From positions 1 through 12,168 of the forward strand of contig JAYSWN010000074.1 in the NCBI GenBank assembly GCA_043718025.1: a stretch of 12,168 nucleotides of DNA, read 5' to 3'. Source of the stretch: Pseudomonadota bacterium. GTDB lineage: Bacteria; Bdellovibrionota; FAC87; UBA2466. The notes beneath the pieces were generated by a model. The model was not told the DNA's origin. It did not search any database and was given only the letters and a program-made list of their open reading frames with translations. This document shows positions 1-6,710 of this stretch, in pieces (the first letter of the stretch is position 1; each line of letters begins with the position of its first letter). Position numbers and translations under genes: made by a program.

Positions 1-179
1 TTAATCTTTTCAAATCCATCATTGGGAAGTGGGTCATTCAGTCGTTGAAAAATTTGCGCCCGCGACATGGCCAGTGCCACTTCGGTAATTTGCACCATAT
101 GGTCATTGGCGTCTCCGAAGGAGGCTTGTGAGCTCTCGAGAATCGCCTGCCCCTGGTGTATGGCTTCTGAAAAGGTCAT
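1..179 (-). CDS. prmC: Release factor glutamine methyltransferase PrmC/HemK, N-terminal part (runs off the window edge)
   Basis: ATG at 179-177 overlaps the prfA TGA (ATGA). The frame is open to position 1: MTFSEAIHQGQAILESSQASFGDANDHMVQITEVALAMSRAQIFQRLNDPLPNDGFEKI. This resembles the PrmC N-terminal helical domain, and prfA-prmC order is conserved. The catalytic NPPY motif lies outside the window. Confidence 0.8.
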   Translation of the reverse strand, partial: MTFSEAIHQGQAILESSQASFGDANDHMVQITEVALAMSRAQIFQRLNDPLPNDGFEKI

Positions 180-1246
180 CCGGCGGTTTGGGATTTGAGC
201 GCAAGGGCTTCGTAATGCGCCGAAAGCTGGCTTAGTAATGGTTCGATGTCGCCCATGATGAAGCTATCAATGGTGTGAATCGTCACGCCAATGCGGTGAT
301 CGCTGACGCGCCCTTGAGGGAAATTATAAGTTCTTATTTTTTCGCTACGGTCGCCCGACCCCACCTGACTCAGTCGGTCGGCGGCAATTCTATTGTGCTG
401 CTCATTTTGTTTGGCTTCGAGTAAACGGGACGCCAAAACTTTGAGTGCTTTGGATTTATTTTTGTGCTGGGATTTTTCATCACGGCAGATAACGACTAGC
501 CCGGTTGGATTGTGGGTAACTCTTACGGCGGAGTCTGTAGTGTTTACGCTTTGACCGCCGGGGCCCGAGCTGCGGAATACATCGATGCGAAGATCGTTAG
601 GGTTGATATTCACTTCTACTTCATCGGCTTCAGGCAGAATGGCTACCGTAACGGTGCTCGTGTGAATGCGCCCCTGGGTTTCGGTTTTGGGCACCCGCTG
701 CACTCGGTGTACCCCGCTTTCATATTTTAACCGGCTGTAGACCTTGTCGCCGCGAATCATGACGATGATCTCTTTGAATCCGCCCACGTCATTGCTTTGA
801 ATGCTCATGGGTTCCACCTGCCAGCCGAGCTTTTCGGAATAGCGGGTGTACATTCGGTAAAGATCACCAGCAAAGATGCCGGCTTCGTCGCCACCGGCTC
901 CGGCCCTAATTTCGAGAATAATGTTGCGATCGTCGTTAGGGTCTTTGGGCAAGAGCAGGATGCGTAGGCGGCGCTCTATGAGTGAGAGCTCTTTTTCAAG
1001 CTCTTGGTTTTCTGAAAGAGCAATTTCTTTCAGCTCTCCTGACTCACTGCTAATGAGTTCGAGGTTCTCGTTAAATTGTTTTTTAGCGTGTTTGAATTCG
1101 CGATAGGCAGTAACTACCGGCAAAAGACCAGCATGCTCTTTGCTGAGTTTTTGAAATAAGGTGGCGTTGCCCGCGATATCGGGAGAGGTGAGGCGCGCCT
1201 CCATGTCTTCGAAAACAGCCTCTACCGCATCCAGCTTCTTAAACAT
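176..1246 (-). CDS. prfA: Peptide chain release factor 1
   Basis: 356 aa with GPGGQSVNTTDSAVR (GGQ), the RF1-specific PxT motif (RVPKTE), EIRAGAGGDEA and SEKIRTYNFPQ. Confidence 0.98.
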   Translation of the reverse strand: MFKKLDAVEAVFEDMEARLTSPDIAGNATLFQKLSKEHAGLLPVVTAYREFKHAKKQFNENLELISSESGELKEIALSENQELEKELSLIERRLRILLLPKDPNDDRNIILEIRAGAGGDEAGIFAGDLYRMYTRYSEKLGWQVEPMSIQSNDVGGFKEIIVMIRGDKVYSRLKYESGVHRVQRVPKTETQGRIHTSTVTVAILPEADEVEVNINPNDLRIDVFRSSGPGGQSVNTTDSAVRVTHNPTGLVVICRDEKSQHKNKSKALKVLASRLLEAKQNEQHNRIAADRLSQVGSGDRSEKIRTYNFPQGRVSDHRIGVTIHTIDSFIMGDIEPLLSQLSAHYEALALKSQTAG

Positions 1247-1287
1247 GAAAAATAGGGGTTAGGGCGTATATCAATTGCAGTACTGCA

Positions 1288-1497
1288 TTAATACTTACGC
1301 TTGTTCCCGTACTTCTTCATGAAGCGGTCAATACGACCTTCTGTGTCCATGACCTTTTGCTTGCCAGTGAAAAGAGGATGGCAGCTCGAACAGATCTCAA
1401 CGCGAATGTCTTTCTTTGTCGCGCGAGTTAAAATCTCGTTTCCACAAGCACACCGGATGGTGGTTTCCAAATAATCGGGATGGATTCCTTCTCTCAT
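1288..1497 (-). CDS. rpmE: 50S ribosomal protein L31, zinc-binding type (69 aa)
   Basis: MREGIHPDY...CACG...[15 protein letters not shown]...[10 protein letters not shown] with CxC and CxxC. Start reassigned to ATG 1497, which has a GAGG SD upstream; the ORF-track start at 1668 lies inside tadA. Confidence 0.97.
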   Translation of the reverse strand: MREGIHPDYLETTIRCACGNEILTRATKKDIRVEICSSCHPLFTGKQKVMDTEGRIDRFMKKYGNKRKY

Positions 1498-1519
1498 TGC
1501 CGTTTCCTCGTAACCTAAA

Positions 1520-2503
1520 TTAAAGAGGGGGAACTTCGCATAAACGTGACTTTGTGGCAAGGCGCAATTTGGGAAGTACCCGGTACACCTCGCCCTCAAG
1601 CCCCTGAATTTCAAATATTTCCCGAAGCTTTCGTTTTTCGCCATCGCGCTCCAGGTACACCACCACATCTACCGCGTGGGCCACCCACTCTCGTAACGCC
1701 TTGGGAGACAAGGGCAGGCCGCACAATAGCGCTAGAGATTCCAGCCTTCTGAGGCCATCTAAGGCGCTACGGGAGTGGATGGTGGAAAGCGATCCCCCGT
1801 GCCCGGTATTCCAGGCCTGAATCAGCTCAAAAGCCTCGGCCCCCCTGCATTCCCCAAGCACAATTCGGTCGGGCCGCATACGCAAAGCGTTTCTCAATAG
1901 GGTTCTTACGGTGACCTCGCCCGCCCCATCGGGCGACGGCGGGCGGGCCTCCATATGAAGGGCGTGGGGGTGGTTTACCCTTAGCTCTAATGCCTCTTCA
2001 ATCAGGAGCAGCCGCTCGGTATGTGGCACTGACTGAAGAAGTAACGAGGCCAGGGTGGTCTTGCCCGAACCCGTGCCCCCGCAAATGAGGATGTTTTTCC
2101 TCTCGGTGAGTTTCTTCTCAAGCCAACTCAGCCATTTCTCTTCACCGAAGTTTTCGCGATGAACGGCGGCATCCAGGCTGCCGCGACGAATGCTAATTAG
2201 TGGCCCTTCGGCCGCGATCGGCGGTAGCAGAATGTGCAGCCGGCTGCCATCGGCCAGCCGGCCATCGACGTAGGGACGGGCAGCGTCGGTGCGTTTGCCT
2301 AGTGGAACCAGCAGCCGCTCAATGAAGTCGTTGAGCTCTTGGCGTTGAGAGAAGGGGTTGGGAAAGACCTCGAGCCGCCCTCTTCGTTCGATATAAACCG
2401 AAGCCGTGCCGTTAATTAAAATGTCGGTTACCCCAGGCTGGTCAAAGAGCGGCAGAAAAGAGACCGCCTTGCCGGTGAATTGCTGTTCAAGTGTGAGTTT
2501 CAC
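1520..2503 (-). CDS. cpaF: Tad/Flp pilus assembly ATPase, CpaF/TadA family
   Basis: [20 protein letters not shown], Walker [10 protein letters not shown], Asp box [26 protein letters not shown] (Walker B) and His box [13 protein letters not shown]. The GTG start overlaps the secretin TGA (GTGA). Confidence 0.92.
   Translation of the reverse strand: MKLTLEQQFTGKAVSFLPLFDQPGVTDILINGTASVYIERRGRLEVFPNPFSQRQELNDFIERLLVPLGKRTDAARPYVDGRLADGSRLHILLPPIAAEGPLISIRRGSLDAAVHRENFGEEKWLSWLEKKLTERKNILICGGTGSGKTTLASLLLQSVPHTERLLLIEEALELRVNHPHALHMEARPPSPDGAGEVTVRTLLRNALRMRPDRIVLGECRGAEAFELIQAWNTGHGGSLSTIHSRSALDGLRRLESLALLCGLPLSPKALREWVAHAVDVVVYLERDGEKRKLREIFEIQGLEGEVYRVLPKLRLATKSRLCEVPPL
1532..1560 (-). promoter_or_regulatory. 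Possible sigma-70 promoter for rpmE-prfA-prmC embedded in the tadA 3' end
   Basis: TTGCCA-17 nt-GAAGTT with an extended TG and a C-rich discriminator (CCCCCTC). The -10 is a weak match. Confidence 0.3.
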
Positions 2504-3546
2504 AAATCAACCTTTTTGGCGCGCAGGCGGCTATCCCAATCGCGTTGCTTTTGGCGGTTTCTCTCAACGGTGGTGAAAGAATAGGTCACGGTCATAAAGA
2601 GTTCGGTGTCTTCGGTGTGCGTGCCCCGCTGGCCGAAAAGGTCGCCGAGCAATGGCAGATCAGAAAGAATGGGAATGCCTTCCTTGGTTTTGCCTTCCAC
2701 TTGGCGAAGCAGACCTGAGAGGATCACGGTTTCGCCATCTAGCGAGCTTGTTTTGGTTTCAAGTTTGCGACGAGTTAGAGAGGGAATGCCTTCGAGGCCA
2801 GCGCCGTGATTTAACTCAGATAGCTCGAGCGCGACGTCAGATTGAATGTGCAGGTGGTCGTGGCTGCGGGGCTTTACTTTAAGACTTAATCCGTAAGGCT
2901 TCCAGTCGACCCGCCGGTGAAACGTACCGGACGAGGCGTTAGAATAGGCCACCGGGAATTCGCCGCCCGAATGAAAGCTGGCCTCCTCTCCCGTGCGCAC
3001 AAAGAGTTCGGGGCGTGCCAGTATTTTGGCCAGCCCCTTTTTGACGAGTAAGTTAAGGGCACCTTTGCTTGAGGTGACACTGGCTGAGTAGTTTATCGCC
3101 GATGAGGCAAGGTCTCCGCTGGCACCCCCGGCCCCTGAAAAGTGTATCGAGTCTGGCCAGCGCAGCCCGAGCGCTTCTCCGGCCGAGCTGGTGACCTCAA
3201 GAAACTCAATGGAGATGCGAATCACGCTGCTGTCCCCATCGTCGCGGATCGAATCAATCACCTCACCACCCACCACTGAAATGGAGATCGTGCTTTCGCC
3301 CGCCGTGCCCCATGCCCGGACCAGTGTTTTTCCGGACTGGCGTGCCGTGACCAGTAAAACGTCAGGGGGAAACGCCCGCACCCGCGCCACTTTTTCGTCG
3401 CCTACGGCGGCACGTAGCAGTCCTGGAATTTTGAGGGTTTCGTTGAAGCCAGTTCGCAGGGTAAGCGAAAAAGGGGGGGCGGGCGCCGCTACTAAGAGCG
3501 GCGCCCAGCCTAGGGACACTAAGATCAAAAAGTTTAAAGCTTTCAC
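2500..3546 (-). CDS. cpaC: Tad pilus secretin, RcpA/CpaC family (type II/III secretin)
   Basis: Signal peptide, a pilus-N-like domain (AAVGDEKVARV...GKTLVRAW) and a C-terminal secretin domain (AKILARPEL...GEEASFHSGGEFPV, WKPYGLSLKVKP, GETVILSGLL, GIPILSDLPLLGDLF). Translationally coupled to cpaF. Confidence 0.88.
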   Translation of the reverse strand: MKALNFLILVSLGWAPLLVAAPAPPFSLTLRTGFNETLKIPGLLRAAVGDEKVARVRAFPPDVLLVTARQSGKTLVRAWGTAGESTISISVVGGEVIDSIRDDGDSSVIRISIEFLEVTSSAGEALGLRWPDSIHFSGAGGASGDLASSAINYSASVTSSKGALNLLVKKGLAKILARPELFVRTGEEASFHSGGEFPVAYSNASSGTFHRRVDWKPYGLSLKVKPRSHDHLHIQSDVALELSELNHGAGLEGIPSLTRRKLETKTSSLDGETVILSGLLRQVEGKTKEGIPILSDLPLLGDLFGQRGTHTEDTELFMTVTYSFTTVERNRQKQRDWDSRLRAKKVDL

Positions 3547-3559
3547 CTAAGAGAGCTTA

Positions 3560-3575
3560 AGCAACCTTAGGGCCA
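3560..3575 (-). promoter_or_regulatory. Putative sigma-54 (-24/-12) promoter for cpaC-cpaF
   Basis: Minus strand TGGCCC-TAAGG-TTGCT versus consensus TGGCAC-N5-TTGCW, with exact GG-N10-GC spacing, 13 nt upstream of the GTG start. Confidence 0.6.
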
Positions 3576-3641
3576 TTCACTTCACTCGGCGCCCTTGGGG
3601 CAGCTGAGTGGTACTCGGTCATCGCAGAGCGACTACCGGTC

Positions 3642-4418
3642 TTAGAGAAGCAACATTCCTAAATCATGAGCGTCGTTAACTTTTTCTAACCAAGCCCGGT
3701 TATCCGAGCGGGTGAGGTCAGAAAAGTAAGAGGCTTCGTATTTCACGCCGCCCGAAGTTACCGGGCCACCAGCGTGAACGTTTCCGACCAAAACTTGTTT
3801 GCCGTTGCGAAAAACGATTCCGGCACCGCCCGAATCGCCGAAGCAAGTTCCACCGGCGGTTACGCCCCGTACCGATAAGCTATAGACTTGGCGAACGGTC
3901 AGGAACCCATCTTCGTTATCCGAGTAAAGTGAAGTGGTAAGGGCGCGGCGCGTGCCTGAACCGCTGCGGGTATCGAGATATTGGCATCCGTAGCCAACCA
4001 TTTTGAAGCGCTCGCCTGAGTCGACCGTGCTGCCGATAGCTAAAATATTTCTGGGGTCGGTAATGATTTCATCGAATACCAGAACCGCGATGTCTTGCTT
4101 GTCGTCTACGGAGCCCACATCGCCATCATCGTTAAGGTAATAAGTGTAGGTGCTGTAACGGCCTTTGTCGGAAACAATTTCGAAACGTCCGGAGAGACCA
4201 ACTACGCAGTGGGCGGCCGTAAGGACCGTTTTTAGCCCTACGATGTTGCCCGAGCAGATTCCTTTGCCGTTGGGAAGTTTAACCAAAACGATCGAGGGTT
4301 CGTTGGCGTTTTGAACTAGCCCCTCATTGATGCTGGCTTGACCAGATTGATTGCTGATCCCGCAGCCAGATAGCATGAGTATGGCTGTAAATAGAATATT
4401 GCTGCAAACGTACCGCAT
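3642..4418 (-). CDS. Trypsin-like (S1) serine protease, lipoprotein
   Basis: Lipobox LSGC (Cys19) and catalytic triad motifs VLTAAHC, DIAVL and CFGDSGG; also VGYG. Confidence 0.9.
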   Translation of the reverse strand: MRYVCSNILFTAILMLSGCGISNQSGQASINEGLVQNANEPSIVLVKLPNGKGICSGNIVGLKTVLTAAHCVVGLSGRFEIVSDKGRYSTYTYYLNDDGDVGSVDDKQDIAVLVFDEIITDPRNILAIGSTVDSGERFKMVGYGCQYLDTRSGSGTRRALTTSLYSDNEDGFLTVRQVYSLSVRGVTAGGTCFGDSGGAGIVFRNGKQVLVGNVHAGGPVTSGGVKYEASYFSDLTRSDNRAWLEKVNDAHDLGMLLL

Positions 4419-4508
4419 AAAATGTTTCGATCCCCTATTAACCCCGCAGGCAGCTTCTTTGCTTCCCCGCTATAAACCTCAATGCACGACTGGAATGTTG
4501 ATTAAGGT

Positions 4509-4524
4509 TGCAAGCTGAAGGCCG
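4509..4524 (-). promoter_or_regulatory. Putative sigma-54 promoter for the protease at 3642-4418
   Basis: Minus strand CGGCCT-TCAGC-TTGCA (GG-N10-GC), about 90 nt upstream of the ATG, inside a 425-bp intergenic region. Confidence 0.4.
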
Positions 4525-4843
4525 GTTTGGGCGGACGCGCAGAACGGTTGGAACCCACAGGACAATTGCAAAGTTTTGTCTGCTTCTTAGGCAACTGCCA
4601 AATAGGGGTACAGGCGGCTTACTTTTTTACACGTTAGCTTCACAATTGGGGGTGGCTTTTAGATTCAACGGTTTAGCGGCACTACTTCTTAGACACCGCG
4701 ATTTTTGTGCCTGAAGCTTAAGGGAATACGGGGTTAAGTCTCTGCAGTTACGAGCGAAAATAAACATTTCCAAGAATGTGGTGATGAGACTTTGTGCGAA
4801 TTACACAATTGTTGGGACACGGGTTTAGGGCATTTGGCCGGCA

Positions 4844-5557
4844 TTAATTGCTTAGGGAGCGGCGAATGTACTCTAAATTTTTTCCTCGGCTCACGTCGCT
4901 AAAAGCGGTCGAGGTGCCGGCGTCGCCCCCATATAAAAGCCCATGAAGCACTCCGACGATCTGGTAAGCGCCATTGCGTTTAACCAGGGCCGGGCCGCCC
5001 GAGTCACCCGAGCAGGATTCAGCGCGGTTACTGGGACCTTCAATGCGGGTGGGAGGGGGCTTAGTGCGCGACCACAAAACCTCTAGGTAATCGCGAATCC
5101 GATGCAGTTTATGAGTGCCCATGGCGCGTTGCTGGCAGCCGTACCCAATCATGGTGAGCACTTCGCCGACATTCACGTTTTCAGCAAGTTCGAGCGGTTT
5201 GATATCGCTGCCTTCCAAAACTGAATTCTCAAAAAAAAGTAACCCTACGTCTAGAGAATCCAGCTCCTTGCCAGGGCCGTGCGTGGTGTAACGGGCGGCG
5301 GTGAGCTTGCGGTTTTGAAACGATACAAAAACATTTACTGACTTTAGGCAGTGCGCCGCGGTGAGCACCACTTTGTCTTTGATAATTGTGCCGGTACACA
5401 GATTGGGCCCGAATAGCGAAACCACTTGGGGAATTTCTTTGGTGCGAGCCACTCTTTCTTGGCTTGGGGCATCTAGTGAGTTGCCAATGTCATCCCGCCC
5501 GCAGGCGGCCAAAAAGAGGAGCAACGAGAGCGAAATGGTTGTTAACAAGATTTTCAT
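4844..5557 (-). CDS. Trypsin-like (S1) serine protease, lipoprotein (paralog of 3642-4418)
   Basis: Start reassigned to ATG 5557 (MKILLTTISLSLLLFLAAC, lipobox LAAC). Motifs VLTAAHC, DVGLL, IGYG and SCSGDSGGP. Confidence 0.9.
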   Translation of the reverse strand: MKILLTTISLSLLLFLAACGRDDIGNSLDAPSQERVARTKEIPQVVSLFGPNLCTGTIIKDKVVLTAAHCLKSVNVFVSFQNRKLTAARYTTHGPGKELDSLDVGLLFFENSVLEGSDIKPLELAENVNVGEVLTMIGYGCQQRAMGTHKLHRIRDYLEVLWSRTKPPPTRIEGPSNRAESCSGDSGGPALVKRNGAYQIVGVLHGLLYGGDAGTSTAFSDVSRGKNLEYIRRSLSN

Positions 5558-5625
5558 TTTGAAGCCGTGCACAGAGGTGTACTCCAAGCCGCCGTCGGGT
5601 TTCCATAAGAAAGTGAAAGGGGCAA

Positions 5626-5997
5626 TTACCCTTTTTCTTCCGGCAGGTTAGCGTCACGCCAGGCACGAATGCCACCGTCCATTGAGATAACATCGGTGTA
5701 GCCCATTCGTTGCAGGTTTTCGGCTGCCAGGGCTGAGCGAAAGCCGCCGCCACAGTACAGCACAAGCTTTTGATTTTTGTTGGGAACCAAGTTCTCAATG
5801 TCGCGTTCGATTACGCCCCGGCCCACGTGGATGGCCCCCTTGGCTCGGCCCGCACGCCATTCATCATCTTCGCGCACATCGATGAAGGTGAAAGCCACCT
5901 GGTCGGTGAGCATTTTCAAAACATCGTTGATTCGCACCTCACGAATTTTTGCTTTGGCCTCATTTACTAACTTTATAAAACTACCGCTGTGTTCCAT
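5626..5997 (-). CDS. Single-domain rhodanese-like sulfurtransferase
   Basis: FIDVREDDEW, GAIH, active-site loop LYCGGGFRSALAA and C-terminal MDGGIRAW; AGGAG SD upstream. Confidence 0.93.
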   Translation of the reverse strand: MEHSGSFIKLVNEAKAKIREVRINDVLKMLTDQVAFTFIDVREDDEWRAGRAKGAIHVGRGVIERDIENLVPNKNQKLVLYCGGGFRSALAAENLQRMGYTDVISMDGGIRAWRDANLPEEKG

Positions 5998-6043
5998 CGT
6001 GGCTCCTAGTTACGCCTGTACGAATGTATTAAGATGAGCGGGT

Positions 6044-6499
6044 ATGAAAGTGAAGCCTCTAATTATTTTGTTGCTGGCGGGTGCGTCATTGTTTGGCGAG
6101 AACGCGGCAGAAAAACGATTGATGAAAAGGTACCCGCGCCAGGCGGAGATTGCCTTGGGCCTTAAGTTTACGGTCGATAAAATGACCGCCGACAAGTTTG
6201 GGCGCAACGCTAAAAAAGATGAAAGCGACGGCTACCGCCATTTTGTGGGAGCGATTTTATTGACCAACGTCTTTGGCCCGGCCCTCGCCGAAAAATTTTT
6301 GAACGCCCACGAAACCGGGCCTGGAAATACGCACGCCGAACGGCAAATGGATTTAGCTAACAACAAAAAGGGAATCGAAGCGGCGGAGCTTCTGAAAGGG
6401 GATGGCCCGATCACGCCCGACCGGGCTTCGGCGCTGGCGATGCAGTATTTGCGCGAGGGCAAAATTGTGGTGCTGGAACCGAAGGGCCTTCCCCATTAA
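6044..6499 (+). CDS. Secreted hypothetical protein, DUF6973-like (DxxRH...HE...MDLxNNxxG)
   Basis: Signal peptide MKVKPLIILLLAGASLFG and motifs DGYRHFV, FLNAHE and MDLANNKKG. Family recognised from memory, not from a search. Confidence 0.65.
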   Translation: MKVKPLIILLLAGASLFGENAAEKRLMKRYPRQAEIALGLKFTVDKMTADKFGRNAKKDESDGYRHFVGAILLTNVFGPALAEKFLNAHETGPGNTHAERQMDLANNKKGIEAAELLKGDGPITPDRASALAMQYLREGKIVVLEPKGLPH

Positions 6500-6581
6500 G
6501 CCGCTGAGTTATTTGCCCGTTCTACCGCTCTTCAAACCGCTACCGTTGAGTTTGTCTCTCACCTCCAACCTTTTTCGGCAG

Positions 6582-6610
6582 TTGGCAATTTTGGCGGGGC
6601 TGGCTAGTGT
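6582..6610 (+). promoter_or_regulatory. Sigma-70-type promoter for tRNA-Arg
   Basis: TTGGCA (6582-6587), 17 nt, TAGTGT (6605-6610), ending 12 nt before the tRNA 5' end. Confidence 0.55.
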
Positions 6611-6622
6611 TGGGTTTAGTCT

Positions 6623-6694
6623 GTCCCCATAGTTAAATGGATATAACGAGGGATTCCTAATCCCTAATTACAAGTTCGATTCTTGTTGGGGACA
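6623..6694 (+). tRNA. tRNA-Arg (anticodon CCT), CCA not encoded
   Basis: Cloverleaf: acceptor GTCCCCA/TGGGGAC; D arm GTTA-AATGGATA-TAAC (GG followed by A20); anticodon arm AGGGA-TTCCTAA-TCCCT; T arm ACAAG-TTCGATT-CTTGT; discriminator A, followed by TAT. Confidence 0.96.
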
Positions 6695-6710
6695 TATTTC
6701 TATCTGCCGT

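Noticed and set aside
1498..1668. ORF-track N-terminal extension of L31
   Set aside because: It overlaps tadA. L31 homology begins at MREGIHP, which has its own SD.
4508..4767. 68-aa plus ORF (4508-4714) and 46-aa minus ORF (4767-4627) as a possible Flp pilin or small protein
   Set aside because: No G/xxxxEY pilin motif, no hydrophobic helix and no convincing SD.
4419..4843. c-di-GMP or other riboswitch in the long intergenic region
   Set aside because: I could not find the GEMM core pattern by eye on either strand. An Rfam scan would be decisive.
5616..5634. Hairpin AAAGGG-N7-CCCTTT at the rhodanese stop as a terminator
   Set aside because: The stem is weak, overlaps the stop codon and has only a broken U-tract.
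6500..6570. Short imperfect repeats (CCGCTGAGTT/CCGTTGAGTT, CTACCG twice) and GGAGGTGA on the minus strand
   Set aside because: Too short and irregular for a CRISPR or repeat call, and no properly spaced start codon follows the SD-like sequence.
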